DNA of 63,224 nt, counting the filler, from Octopus bimaculoides (taxonomy: Eukaryota), in assembly GCF_001194135.2 (NCBI RefSeq). It is 8 parts of 7 records of this genome, joined end to end, with 100 filler letters (N's around TTAATTAATTAA, not from the genome) between each part and the next. Parts side by side here need not be neighbours in the genome. Positions count along the whole stretch, not along the records: positions 8,899 to 13,869 come from NC_068985.1; positions 13,970 to 24,620 come from NC_068984.1; positions 24,721 to 28,548 come from NC_068992.1; 5 more parts are not named here. The stretch is one strand, 5' to 3'. The stretch's first letter is position 1, and the number at the start of each line of letters is the position of its first letter. Both the position numbers and the translations under genes were made by a program. The notes below the pieces were generated by a model. It was not told the origin of the DNA. It ran no database searches and saw nothing but the letters and a program-made list of their open reading frames with translations. This document shows, piece after piece, positions 12,246 through 25,950 of this stretch.

Positions 12246-13360
12246 NNNNNNNNNNNNNNNNNNNNNNNNNNNNNNNNNNNNNNNNNNNNNNNNNNNNNNN
12301 NNNNNNNNNNNNNNNNNNNNNNNNNNNNNNNNNNNNNNNNNNNNNNNNNNNNNNNNNNNNNNNNNNNNNNNNNNNNNNNNNNNNNNNNNNNNNNNNNNNN
12401 NNNNNNNNNNNNNNNNNNNNNNNNNNNNNNNNNNNNNNNNNNNNNNNNNNNNNNNNNNNNNNNNNNNNNNNNNNNNNNNNNNNNNNNNNNNNNNNNNNNN
12501 NNNNNNNNNNNNNNNNNNNNNNNNNNNNNNNNNNNNNNNNNNNNNNNNNNNNNNNNNNNNNNNNNNNNNNNNNNNNNNNNNNNNNNNNNNNNNNNNNNNN
12601 NNNNNNNNNNNNNNNNNNNNNNNNNNNNNNNNNNNNNNNNNNNNNNNNNNNNNNNNNNNNNNNNNNNNNNNNNNNNNNNNNNNNNNNNNNNNNNNNNNNN
12701 NNNNNNNNNNNNNNNNNNNNNNNNNNNNNNNNNNNNNNNNNNNNNNNNNNNNNNNNNNNNNNNNNNNNNNNNNNNNNNNNNNNNNNNNNNNNNNNNNNNN
12801 NNNNNNNNNNNNNNNNNNNNNNNNNNNNNNNNNNNNNNNNNNNNNNNNNNNNNNNNNNNNNNNNNNNNNNNNNNNNNNNNNNNNNNNNNNNNNNNNNNNN
12901 NNNNNNNNNNNNNNNNNNNNNNNNNNNNNNNNNNNNNNNNNNNNNNNNNNNNNNNNNNNNNNNNNNNNNNNNNNNNNNNNNNNNNNNNNNNNNNNNNNNN
13001 NNNNNNNNNNNNNNNNNNNNNNNNNNNNNNNNNNNNNNNNNNNNNNNNNNNNNNNNNNNNNNNNNNNNNNNNNNNNNNNNNNNNNNNNNNNNNNNNNNNA
13101 AACTACAACAGGGCGATTATTGCCTCTAAACCAGACAAATGGTATGGGCGTAGAATTGAGTTTCTGTCACAACGATGGCAAAAGACAATAATGGGATGTG
13201 TTTGATGAATAAACGCTTTCCGTATGTAATTTGTTTCAGCTATTAATTAAAACTTGAAATACATAAAAGAATTTTGACTTAACCTGATACATAATCACAC
13301 ATGCATACATATACGAGTTTATGTGTTTAAGCGTGTTTGCACATGTATCTGCATATATGC

Positions 13361-13411
<51 letters not shown>

Positions 13412-13835
13412 CACTCACACAGACATATATATATACTTATATATATATATAAGTATATATATATATATGTCTGTGTGTATACACGCATATATATACATGT
13501 AACTATATGTACACATAAATAATCATGAACACATATACCTTATGTGTGTGTCCATATGCGATTCTGGATAAAGTGATATGTAATTATTCAAAAACACATG
13601 CATACATTGATATATGCACATACGCATGCGCGCGCTCAGATTCACGATTACATACACACGCATACATATGTATACATACATGCATATGTAAATATATGTG
13701 TGTACACATATGTATGTATATAAATGTATGCATACTTATATATGAATGATGTATATATGTGTCCATATACACACAATCACACACTTATGAATATATACAT
13801 GATATATACATATGCAAACGTAAATACATACACAA

Positions 13836-13869
<34 letters not shown>

Positions 13870-14012
13870 NNNNNNNNNNNNNNNNNNNNNNNNNNNNNNN
13901 NNNNNNNNNNNNNTTAATTAATTAANNNNNNNNNNNNNNNNNNNNNNNNNNNNNNNNNNNNNNNNNNNNATATGTACTAATATTATCTTTATTATTATTT
14001 TAACCTTAAACT

Positions 14013-14445
14013 TCGTTCAAATTGTATTTAAAACGGTAATAATTTATGTAAGCTGTTTTTTGTATATAATATACATGTTAGCATATATTATAATGGATGT
14101 AGGGATGATTATGGAATGTTTATTATTTTGATATTTTTAATAATATTTTTCTATTTTTATAAAATAAGTATTTTATATAAATTCATTTGGTACTTATTGT
14201 TGATTGATATATACATTTATTTATTATTATTATTATTGTTGTATTTAGACCTGTCGATTAGCTGTATTTTTGAATAGAATTTATTTTCGATAATTTTAAT
14301 TGATTTTAATCGGTTTAAATTTCCTTTTTATTTGAAAATTAATTATGAAACACGTGTCGTCATTTTATTATCTTTATCTTATGATATTTACTTTGTATTA
14401 TATTATACTCATTTATTGTGCTTTTGATTATTAATTTTTCTATAT
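14013..14445 (+). repeat. AT-rich dispersed repeat, copy 1
   Basis: Aligns by eye at high identity with 46632-47067. Confidence 0.85.
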
Positions 14446-14596
14446 GTGAGTTCATCGATGAGTTCATGAACTTTGGTTCTTTTCCCTAAAACTATATATA
14501 TACATATATTTTACTCTGTAAAGCTCAATTTAATTTTAATTTTTTATAAATTGATTTTAATTGAGTTTTTACCTGTAATTTTGGATTTGTCCCTAA

Positions 14597-14657
<61 letters not shown>

Positions 14658-15094
14658 GAGACAGGGAAATATATATAAATATATATATACACGTGTGTGT
14701 ATGTGAATCGATATTTCTGTATGTGTATGCATGTGTGCATATGTTTGCCTGTGTTAATATATTTACGAATGTATGCATACTTCTCTCTCTTTTCTTTCCA
14801 TACACATAGTGCGTGTGTGTTGGTGTGTTGCTATATTTATAAATGCTGTTCTTATAGTTAACATAATTTTCATTTTCATTGTCATTATCACCACCATTAA
14901 CACCACTATTAGTATTACTACCTCCACCACACCATCAATACCACTAAGTTGACCACCACTACCGCTGCCACCGCCGTGGCCACCACCGCTGCTGCCGCCA
15001 CCACCACCAGCACTAACAGCTGCAAAAATAACCTCAAAAGCTCATTGAATTACAAAGATTGACACACAGGCATGTGTAGAACATGTGCACACAT

Positions 15095-15143
<49 letters not shown>

Positions 15144-15452
15144 AATGCACATATAAATACTCATGTGCATGCAAGCATGCACACTCACACACATATAAAC
15201 ACACTCATGTGCACAACCACACAGAAACAAATTAATATATATACATGTGTGTGTGTGTATNNNNNNNNNNNNNNNNNNNNNNNNNNNNNNNNNNNNNNNN
15301 NNNNNNNNNNNNNNNNNNNNNNNNNNNNNNNNNNNNNNNNNNNNNNNNNNNNNNNNNNNNNNNNNNNNNNNNNNNNNNNNNNNNNNNNNNNNNNNNNNNN
15401 NNNNNNNNNNNNNNNNNNNNNNNNNNNNNNNNNNNNNNNNNNNNNNNNNNNN

Positions 15453-15835
15453 TATATATAGGCCTCTGTGTTGAGTGTGAAGCTGTGTGGGAAGATGAAT
15501 GGAGGCATAACGTCGCCATTACTAGTGATCACTCCAAATACCTTTTTAATCACCATTAGACTCATCCAACTCTTTCTGAATCCTCTGCACTGTCCTCAGA
15601 TTGACACCCAAACACTCTGAAATGTTCATATTTGAACTTTTGGCATGAATGCCAAGCAGTACAGCATGTCATTTCCAAATTTCTGGCAGAGTGAATTGCA
15701 TCCATGGTAATGTTTTTCTCCAGACAATACCCAACTGACCCTATTATACTGTGTAGTAGACAAAATAAAAAACAAACAATGCACATGCACGAAATTAAAA
15801 ATGTAAAATGGCGACAGTTTATCTATCGTACCCTG
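15453..15835 (-). mobile_element. Internally deleted Tc1/mariner-superfamily element
   Basis: Terminus TA-CAGGGTACGATAGATAAACTGTCGCC. An HTH remnant (NISECLGVNLRTVQRIQKEL) is joined directly to a catalytic-domain remnant (VFGVITSNGDVMPPFIFPHSFTLNTEAYI). The other end is in a gap. Confidence 0.75.
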
Positions 15836-15852
15836 TATATGTGTGCGTGCAT

Positions 15853-15886
<34 letters not shown>

Positions 15887-17062
15887 ATTTGTCTATGTAT
15901 GTATATATTTATTATTCTTATCCAAGTATGTTGTTGACAGCGACTTTGAAGTTTCAGCTAGCTGGCTTCACTGGTCAAAACTTAGAAGTTACTACCAACA
16001 ACTTTCTTGTATGAGAATAATAAATATGCACTATACTAAAGTATAGAACAACCCATCAGGTTAATGTTAAGTTTTTTATGACAACAACATAAAAACAAAC
16101 TTTACTAAATATATATATATATATAGTAATGTTTGTTACACACACACACATATACCAACACACCACTGCCACAAGTGCTAATAACCTTTGCCGTCCATCC
16201 CATGATGGTTAGATAGATGATGCAGTTGATGTTAGGATGCAAAGTATAGATTCCAGAGGGAATTCTAGATGACTCTGGGAATTGTGATGGATGAATGAAG
16301 TGAGAGTGCTTTGCTGGAATTATGTACATACATAAATACATACATATGTTTATACACACACACAAACACAAACACACACATTATATATATAAATACACAC
16401 ACACACATATACATACACAATGTAAGCTGTCAATAACTGTTATAAAATGATATAATAATATAATTGTTTCAATTATTGGACAGTGGCCATGCTGAGTTTC
16501 TGGTTTGAATATTTTCATTGATCATAATGACCTCAATGCTTATTTTTAAATCTAGAATATATTTTCCTTTGTCCTTGATCAATTATAGTCAAACTGCTAA
16601 ATGGTGTCAGAGTAAAGACTCTCTTTGAGACAGAAACATGGAAAGTACAAACTTAAACACATACACATACACGTTTACATGTGTACATCTGTACAAACAT
16701 ACATCAATACCTATACACACACAAATGCATACAAATGTGTGTGCACGCAAACATTTGTACACATATACAAACACATGCAGATACATAAAGACATACATAT
16801 GTACTCACATGCGTGTTTTTTTTAGGGTCAATAAAATAAATACTAGTTGAGTACTGGGGTGCAATGAAATCAATTTACCCACTTCCCTGAAATTGCTGGC
16901 TTTGTGCCAAAATTTGAGACCAATATTTATATTCATGAAATGTATGTACCATGTTGTGTCTAAATGCACATAACTAAAAAATTAAATGCTATACCAGAAA
17001 TTCTACTCCTCAGCTTTATATATATCTGTATCTATCCATCTAGATGTCTGTCTCCCTGTTTA

Positions 17063-17132
<70 letters not shown>

Positions 17133-17133
<1 letters not shown>

Positions 17134-17352
17134 TGGGGGGGGAGTACTGAAAAGTTCCTGTCTTCAAGCAAAACAAAATACAGGAGGATCAGCTGATTAT
17201 AATTTCATTCAACATATTCCCCTCTCAGATTCACAAGATATTGCAGCAACCCTTCAATTTTTCTGAGCCCTGTAAGAGAACTTAGAAGATTGGCCCTCCA
17301 ACCAGGCCTTTCGAAAGACCCTTAAATCCAGAAACTTTTCAACATCCCCTCG
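17133..17352. mobile_element. mariner-derived MITE, about 220 bp
   Basis: Imperfect TIRs GGGGAGTACTGAAAAGTTCCTG and CCAGAAACTTTTCAACATCCCCTCG, inserted in a (TA)/(TG) run. Confidence 0.7.
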
Positions 17353-18399
17353 TGTGTGTGTGTGCATATATATATATATATATATGAAATTCAAATAATA
17401 TATCTGATGATGTAACATAATAGGTACATAAAATTAATGTTCTAGCTGACTTGCTGACTAAACTCCAACTTCAATTGCAGCTAAAAAAATCAGTGAAATT
17501 ATAGTTGCCTAATGAAGATTGGCTATAGGCAGTGTTTCAATTGAACTGGAATGTGCATAATCGAATAAAGGTACAAATAAGCAAGCAACTGGTATCATGT
17601 CAGATTATGACATATATATATCTTTATATATATATATGTGATAATCTGACATGGACAAAACACGAGAGTAGAAGTGAATGTTGCAAGTTTTTAGATTACA
17701 AGAAGTTGACAAAGGATCAGTTGTGAAATGTTCATAATAGTTATGATATTTGCTGGTTTTCTATGGTAAACTGAATTGTTAACATTAGATAGTAAGTACA
17801 GCTTGTCATTGTAGGTAGAATTCAAAACTGGATTTAAAGAAGGAAGAAGGTGTGTTCATAGTCCCTTATAGTTGCGTCAAGAATGGATGCACTGATGGTG
17901 CACCTCCTAGTTAACAGCCAGCAGCCCACATTTAAGTAGCTGTCCATTCCATCATTGGAGGAAGAGTGAGATAGGACTTCAATGCGAAGTAATGAAATAC
18001 CAGTTGTGTGAGATGTACAGAGATGAGTTTAAAGGAAGAGGAGCAGAGAATATAAAGCTATAAAAAGAGGAAGATAGAAACTAACAAACATGATGAGGAA
18101 TAAATGTATGAAGTTTAAATGTTAGAGGAAGATATGCAGAAAGATAATTCAGTTTACCATATAACTGTAGAGAATATCAGCATGGGAGAATACCAGCATA
18201 TATCATAACCATTATGAACATTCCTCAACTGATCTTTTATTGAACTCTTGTGATCTAATCTCCACTAACATTCAAATTTACCATATTTTGTCAACAAATA
18301 AATATATATTATAATTTGACCTGATACTAGTTGGTTGGTGTTTGTACCTTCAACCATTATATATGTATATATATATACATACATATATCTATATATATA

Positions 18400-18457
<58 letters not shown>

Positions 18458-19399
18458 AATATATGTGTGTGCATGTGTGTGTATATGTCTGTATATGTGT
18501 GTATATACATATACAGATATATACACACACACATACATGCACACAGATGTAGTCCTATGCATCAGAATGTACATCTACTAAATGTTGAGCATGTATGCAT
18601 TAGTGAAATTTGTCAAAAGCAAGCAAGGACCTGGCAGGCTCTAAGAGCCACTGTTGATTGCATGATTGTTTTAATAGTCAGTGAGGACAGCCATCATATA
18701 TATCAATATGTGCACGTGTGTGTTTGTATGCATGCACATGTGTGTTTATGTGTGTGTGTGTGTGTGTGTGTGTGCATGTGTGTGTGTGTGTGTGTGTGTG
18801 TGAGTGTGTGTGTGTGTGTGTCTGGGTGGGTGTGTTTAGATTTGGCAAAACAAAAAGGGGAAACAGAATTCAATGCAGAAGTCCATATATTCTGCTTTTA
18901 CTTTTAAACAACAGAAAGTTATGAAAGTGTCTCAAGAGCCAGAGATTCATGCATGATATGTACAAAAATCTTGAGTCACTTTCTTAACACTTTGCTGATA
19001 GAAATAGTGTGTAAGTATACATACATGCATACATACATGCACACATGCATGCATACATACATACAAACATGCATACATACATACATACATACATACATAC
19101 GTACATACATACATGTATGCATGCATACATACATACATACATACATACATGCAAGTTGTTTGAACTTGCAAGCTGCTCAGTGTTACAGGAAACTTCAATA
19201 TCAGTGGAGATTTAGACAGGCTATACTTCCCACCCAAGGAAGCACCACTGAAATATCATTTGGCTTACCCCCACTCCTTCTCCCTCAACATAAATATGTG
19301 TGTAGGTAGGATATTTCTTAGGCTAGTAGATAAGCACTTTACACAATCAGAAACAAGTATGGATGCATATTCAACAGACACAACCTAAGAATCTCTTTT

Positions 19400-20350
19400 A
19401 GTTATGCCTCTAATATTAAGAGTATTTTAGTTAACACCCCTAGACCATGAGTGGAAGTGAGATGTTCGTGCAGGGACCACAGCAGATGCCCAGTGGGAGG
19501 TCAATGCAAAAACCAATGTGGTGGTTTATGAGGTTGAGGTAGTATCTGACTCTAATAACAGCAGCTGCTTTCCCAATGGCAGTATTAATGGCAACGACAG
19601 CAACTCTAACAGAAATAGCAGCAGCACCAACAATGCCAACACCAACACCACTACCGATGATGTCTCTTATGCCAGTATTAATGATGTCAACACCAACATC
19701 AACACCAACACCAACACCAGCAACAGCAGAAGTAGCAGCATCAACATCAACAGAAGCAACATTGCCAGCAACCGTTACCAAAAATACATCGGATGTTCAA
19801 GAAACACCTTTAAACAGCGCCTCTCCAACCATAGATCCTCATTCGGGATCCTGGAGAGACAATATGTCACATCTTTGGCCAGCCATGTGTGATGCCTGAA
19901 GGACAAAGTGACTCCACATAATCTCATGGAAGATCCTAGAAAAACCAGGACCCTACATTGACAGAAGCAAGCTTTGTAAGCTGTGCATAGCTGAATGGGC
20001 AGGAATACTAAAGAACTCCTCTGATTTGGGGAACATCATAAATTCCAGGACGGAAGTTCTGGACCCTGTTTACACTTCAGGAGATTCTTACTGAAATCCT
20101 GGGGCGCACTAGCCAACCAGGTCTATTATGGATAGCGGTCTAAGGGTGATAATCCCTCGTACTTAACCCTTCTCCTTTGTCCATGTGTTCAGCAACCAGC
20201 CACAAGGTTTTTTTTCTCTTCCCCCACTTTGGAGGGTGGTTATAGGCCACCAGCCATAAGGGTCTGAAGAGATGCCATAAAGCTATATAATCCAATGTGT
20301 TTACTTGAAGATGACAGAGTATGGTTTGAAGGCAGTTTGGTTGCTATTTT
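19400..20350 (+). mobile_element. Penelope-like element 3' portion: Cys motif, GIY-YIG endonuclease and degenerate terminus
   Basis: CSCRDHSRCPVGGQC, then a frameshift, then KTNVVVYEVEV ... YIGCSRNTFKQRLSNHRSSF ... TSLASHV. Stops and frameshifts are present. Hammerhead-core-like CTGAAGA at 20264. Confidence 0.85.
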
Positions 20351-21356
20351 TATCCTGTTCAGTGACCTTCCACCTACTCAAGAAATATTTACATGTTTTT
20401 TGGAATGATAGAAATGTTTGACCACTGGCCTAAATAACTTAAAGAATTTAGTTTCAACCTTCTTCATTTTGTGTTCAAATCTCATAGGAGCTAACTTTGC
20501 TGCTCATGCCTCACATTTGATAAAATAAATACCAGACATATAACCAAATGTTCAGCTGTCTATGCTGATGACTTGGTAGCATTTACCATGCAGTCACCAA
20601 TTGTTTACTGGATGGAGAGGGTTGCTACTGGAAGGCCTTATGGGTGGCAGTAGAATTCAGTTTCTTGCCTTATTTCTGGAAAATGTCAGAAGTGGTTGTC
20701 AGAGAATTTCTATGACATCACCAACCTCAATTTCTGACTTCTTAGTTTCCTTGATTGTAATCCCATGGCTTATTATGAGTGGGGCATGGTTGAGAAAGAT
20801 ACCAACTGCTCTGCCTACAATATTTCTCTATATACTGTCTTCAAATTGCTCTATTGCTGGTTGATGCTGATTTTCAATTACCCAGGTTTGATAAAATATG
20901 TACCAGGCATGTTTTGGAGTTTAACTCAATATTATGTCCGTTCCTTGTCAATTTGTGATGTTGTTCCAATGTAAATATTTAATTCCTTTACCTTTCATCT
21001 CTCTAGGTTTGATAAAGTATCAATTATTTATTAGGGACCAATTTCTCTGCAGATTTTGAGAAGTCGATGTCAATGTAAAAATTTAATCCTTTTGTCTATA
21101 ATCTCTTTTGTTTTGATAATATAATTTCAATTTATTTATTAGGGGGTCCATTCCTCCTGCAGATTTTGGAACATTATACCAATGTAAATAAACAAATGAA
21201 TAAATAAATAACATTAATATTCAATTCTGATTTTTAATGGTAATTACTGCTTTTTATTTAAAAGCAATTATTTCTGTTTCTAAATTTATGTTAATTTCTG
21301 TTCTTGTTTGCTTTTCTTTTATCTATTATTCTTTCTTTTTTTCCTATTTAATTCAG

Positions 21357-21515
21357 GAAAAAGATGAAAGAATTATGAGTTTGGAAACAGAGAATGCCAT
21401 GTTACACCTTAGGACTGCACAACTAATGCGGAGTCAGCAGGCAGCAGCTGAAGTTGCCATGGTAACCCGTATACATTATCAACAACAACTTGTTAGAGCC
21501 AAGCAAGCGATACAT
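21357..21515 (+). CDS. KIF25: Internal coiled-coil exon resembling the N-terminus of kinesin-14B KIF25
   Basis: Long polypyrimidine tract, TTCAG| acceptor, phase 0, EKDERIMSLETENAMLHLRTAQ...YQQQLVRAKQAIH, donor CAT|GTAGGT (alternative ATG|GTAACC at 21461). The KxxRIxxLETENAxLxLxxAQ motif is recalled from KIF25 orthologues. Exon confidence is higher than identity confidence. Confidence 0.55.
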
Positions 21516-22220
21516 GTAGGTCTTTGAATATTCAACACTTCATCACACAGCTTGCACACGAGATTTTGTGTGTGTGTGTGTGTGCTTGTGTATGCATGTA
21601 TATGTCTGTGTGTGTGCTTATTAAATGAGGGAGAGAGAAAGAGAAGAAAAGAGATAGAGAGAAGAGAGAGATAAACAACAAAAAAACAAGATATACGTGC
21701 ATGAGTGTACCTTTCCATCTATTTGTATGTATGTAGTCTATAGATATATGTCTGTGTGTATATATGTGTGTATGTATATGTGTATGTGTATATGAGTGTT
21801 TGTGTGTGTATGTATATGTGTGTGTATAAATATATGCATGTGTGTATATGCATATATGTATATGTGTATGTACATGAATAGATATATGTGTGCATGTATG
21901 TGTGTGCAAGTACACATACACCATACATGCTCAAATACACAACCACCAATACCCCAACACGTACATTCACACACACATGCACACACGCATGCATGCATAC
22001 ACACACATACATGCATACACATGCACATCTATGCATCACATGAACAGAGACCTAGGAACATACAGACACAAAAACAGGTGTATATGCACATGCATTCACA
22101 GATAAACATTGGCATGCATGCGTACACACAAGTACACTAATTTGCACACACACATATACACAACACACACACAGACATGCACATATGCACACACACACAC
22201 GCACATGCACGCGCGCGCAC

Positions 22221-22262
<42 letters not shown>

Positions 22263-22619
22263 GCAGATTCAAACACACTTATATATGAATCCAAATGTGG
22301 ATAGCAATACCTTGTGGTAGATATGTTGATATCCTTGAATAAATCATGTGATATGAAACAATCAGCCCTATGGTTGTTCTGTATCACATACACAGTGTAC
22401 AGCTAAGTATGCTCTGTTTTAAATACAATGCAGAGAATAACTATTTAAACACACATGTAAACACCCTGACAGATAAATATGTATGTAAATATATGTTTAT
22501 GAGTACAGACTAAAGAAAATAGTACTCAATGCATTTTTGTAGAGTTTTACATATGTAATAATTTAATGGTGTGATTCATGAGTCACATTGACAAGATCAA
22601 GAATTATTAAACTGCTTGA

Positions 22620-22990
22620 TTCATCATCATTTTCATTGTTGTTGTCATCGTCACCACCATCACCATCATGACCACCATCACCACCACTAGTCTCCACATC
22701 ATCATTGTCACCGTCGCCACCACTATTACTATCCCACCTCATTATCATCATCATGATCACCATCACCACAACCCACCATCACCATTACCACTGCTGCTTC
22801 TACCACCACCACCACCACCACCACCATCACTGTCGCCACAACAACTACCTCCTTTACCATTGCTGCCACTGCTAATACTATCACCTTCATCAACATCGCT
22901 ACCACCACCACTGTTGCTGCTGCCATGTTGCCATCACCACCACCACCACCACCATTAACATCATCATCATCATCAACATTGTCATCATTA
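22620..22990. repeat. Imperfect (CAT/CAC)n low-complexity tract
   Basis: Read directly; similar tracts at about 14880-15015, 55130-55260 and 61390-61920. Confidence 0.9.
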
Positions 22991-22999
22991 TCAGTTTAT

Positions 23000-24400
23000 G
23001 TTTGTCCTCTATGCTAGAGGTCAAACCCAACCTTACGACTTATTTGTCCTTCTAGCTCTGACATCAGTGCACTTAGCAAAAATATTATTGATAAATATAT
23101 TCTTACCTTAGTTAAAAAATTAAAGCTTAATTTGTGGTCTAATTCCTTCCAAGTGGTCAACTGGTTTAATTCTATTAATAACAAGAAGTGCACTAACTTT
23201 ATCCAGTTTGACATTTCTAGTTACTATTCCTCTATTAACCCAACTCAACAAGGCATTCTGGTTCACACACAACAAAGCAGGTCTTACCAGGGATGAAATT
23301 AATGTCATGTTAGCTGCCAGAAAATCAATCATTAAATTTAAAAACAAGCTGTGGGTTCGTAAAGATACACCTGTTTTGATGTCACGATGGGAAGTTCTGA
23401 TTCAGCACAAATCGTTGATTTGGTCAGTATGTATATCCTTTATGAGATGGCTGACCAATTCCTAAACATCAATGGAGGTCTATATCATGATGATTGTTTA
23501 CTCTACCTTCAAAATATTTCTAACCAAAAATTACAAATAGGTTGGTTAAATTTTTCCGAAACATGGGCTAAAGCATTGTTTTCAAAGATGATATAACTAA
23601 AGCCAACTTTTTGGATATTATTACCCTTAACTTATATAATGATTCATATTTCTCATACCATAAACCCTCAAGTAATTTTAAATATATTAGCTCTTTCAGT
23701 AATCATTCAAAGGAATTTAGTTACAAATATTTCACTTCGACTTTCTAGATTATCTGCCAATGTTGATATCTTCAATGAAAAAGCCAAATTTTACAACTCT
23801 GCTTTACTTAAAGCAGGATATAAAGAAAAAAATTACCTACATTAACCCTACTGACATTAATTCTACTTCTATTAATCAGGACAATCACGGCATAATGGTA
23901 ATAATAATATAAATTTTAATTCAAATAACAACACTACATCAAAAAAATTTGATTTTGCAGCATAAGGGAGATAACTGTTATTTAAGACGCTTTTTCCATT
24001 ATTAAAATACATCTAAGACTTTAAAGGTAATTACCTTAATAACAAGGTATGCCCTAGTAAAATTGTTTGGTTAATAATTCCGTATGGTAAGCAGATCGAA
24101 TCCAACCTCCCTAACCAGTACTGGGTTTTGTAAATTAATTTGGTCTCATAAGGAACATAATAAACAATTTGATTTGGAATGGAATATTCTGTCTAGATCC
24201 TTTCCATATGATAAAGGTAAATCTTCTTGTCTGCTCTGTATCGAAGAGCTCTATCTCATCCTGTTCTCAGAGAATTCTCTTGTAAACATGTTTAAAGAAC
24301 ACATTTATCATTGCAAACATTGGCAAAAACATACCTTTAGTTCCTATAAGTAATTTATACCAACCTATAAAATTCGACCTTTAACTGTCTTCTTACATTT
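23000..24400 (+). mobile_element. Decayed Penelope-like element (RT plus GIY-YIG C-terminus)
   Basis: FIQFDISSYYSSI, ARKSIIKFKNKLWVRK, FDVTMGSSDSAQIVDLV, GLYHDDCL, LSRLSAN..IFNEKAKFYNSALLKAGY and EWNILSRSFPYDKGKSSCLLCIEE. Multiple frameshifts. Confidence 0.9.
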
Positions 24401-24720
24401 AATTTCCACTAAATATATCTATTTCCTTGCTTTTAAGCTTTATTCTCATTCATCTGTCACACTACATTTCTCCACTCTTGGTTTTCTGCTATTTTCTTTC
24501 TGTCTCTAAATTGCATTTGATGTTAAATCTATTAATGTTTTTTAAAAAATAACTTCTCTTCATCATATATGTAGTCATCACATTCGGTTAAAATGGCTTA
24601 TTGATGTTGTTTCTCTTTTTNNNNNNNNNNNNNNNNNNNNNNNNNNNNNNNNNNNNNNNNNNNNTTAATTAATTAANNNNNNNNNNNNNNNNNNNNNNNN
24701 NNNNNNNNNNNNNNNNNNNN

Positions 24721-24747
<27 letters not shown>

Positions 24748-24751
<4 letters not shown>

Positions 24752-24962
24752 TTGTGTGTGTGTGTGTGTTTCCCCCCGCAATCACCGCTTGGCAACGATG
24801 TTGGTGTGTTTGTGTCTCAAAAACTTGACGTTTCGGCAAAAGAGACCGATAGAATAAGTACTAGGCTAACAAAGAATAAGTCCTGGGGTCGATTTCTTCG
24901 CCGAAAGGTGGTGCTCCAGTATGGCCGCAATCAAATGACTGAGACAAGTAAGAGAATAAAAG
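24748..24962 (+). mobile_element. SINE family A, 3' half
   Basis: Matches the family A tail; CpGs retained. Confidence 0.85.
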
Positions 24963-25727
24963 AATGTGTATGTGTATATATGTATGTATTTATAGATATA
25001 TGCAAATATATGCGTGTGTATGTATATATATATACATGTATATATATGTATGTATTTATATATATATGTACTTATATGTGTGTGTGTGTTTAAGTCAAGT
25101 TGTGAAGCTGATTAAGACAAAGGGAAGCCAATTTGACAATAGAAGATTTACTGTGGAAAGAAAAGTGATGAGACTGAAAAAGTTTGAAGTGAAGAAAGAC
25201 AAGTGAGATAACTTCAAGAAAAGAAATGTTAAACGGAGATGAAAAGATGAAAATAAACAAAAAAAAAAAAAAAANNNNNNNNNNNNNNNNNNNNNNNNNN
25301 NNNNNNNNNNNNNNNNNNNNNNNNNNNNNNNNNNNNNNNNNNNNNNNNNNNNNNNNNNNNNNNNNNNNNNNNNNNNNNNNNNNNNNNNNNNNNNNNNNNN
25401 NNNNNNNNNNNNNNNNNNNNNNNNNNNNNNNNNNNNNNNNNNNNNNNNNNNNNNNNNNNNNNNNNNNNNNNNNNNNNNNNNNNNNNNNNNNNNNNNNNNN
25501 NNNNNNNNNNNNNNNNNNNNNNNNNNNNNNNNNNNNNNNNNNNNNNNNNNNNNNNNNNNNNNNNNNNNNNNNNNNNNNNNNNNNNNNNNNNNNNNNNNNN
25601 NNNNNNNNNNNNNNNNNNNNNNNNNNNNNNNNNNNNNNNNNNNNNNNNNNNNNNNNNNNNNNNNNNNNNNNNGTGTAGTGGCTGTACCACCCCCCACCTA
25701 CATCACCACCACCACCACCACCACCAC

Positions 25728-25900
25728 GACATTTCGTCCGGCTTTACGTTCTGAGTTCAAATTCCACCGAGGTCGATTCTGCCTTTCATTCTTTCGGCGT
25801 CGATAAAATAAGTACCAGTTGAATCCTGGGGTTGATGTAATCGACTCACCCCACCTCCCCCAAGCTGCCCTTGTGGCAAAAATTTGAAATAATTATCAAA
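25728..25900 (+). mobile_element. SINE family B, partial
   Basis: TTCTGAGTTCAAATTCCACCGAGGTCGATTCTGCC core. Confidence 0.8.
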
Positions 25901-25950
25901 TACAGTTCTATATTTAAGAGATGAGGAATTATGTACATTATTTACCTTAT

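Noticed and set aside
13236-22393. YIYI, CVCV and HTHT ORFs
   Set aside because: Translations of (TA)n and (TG)n microsatellite tracts.
25095-25206. Lys-rich frame ending at a GTGAGA donor as a possible next KIF25-like exon
   Set aside because: Available acceptors give immediate stops in the required phase 0, and no similarity is recognised.
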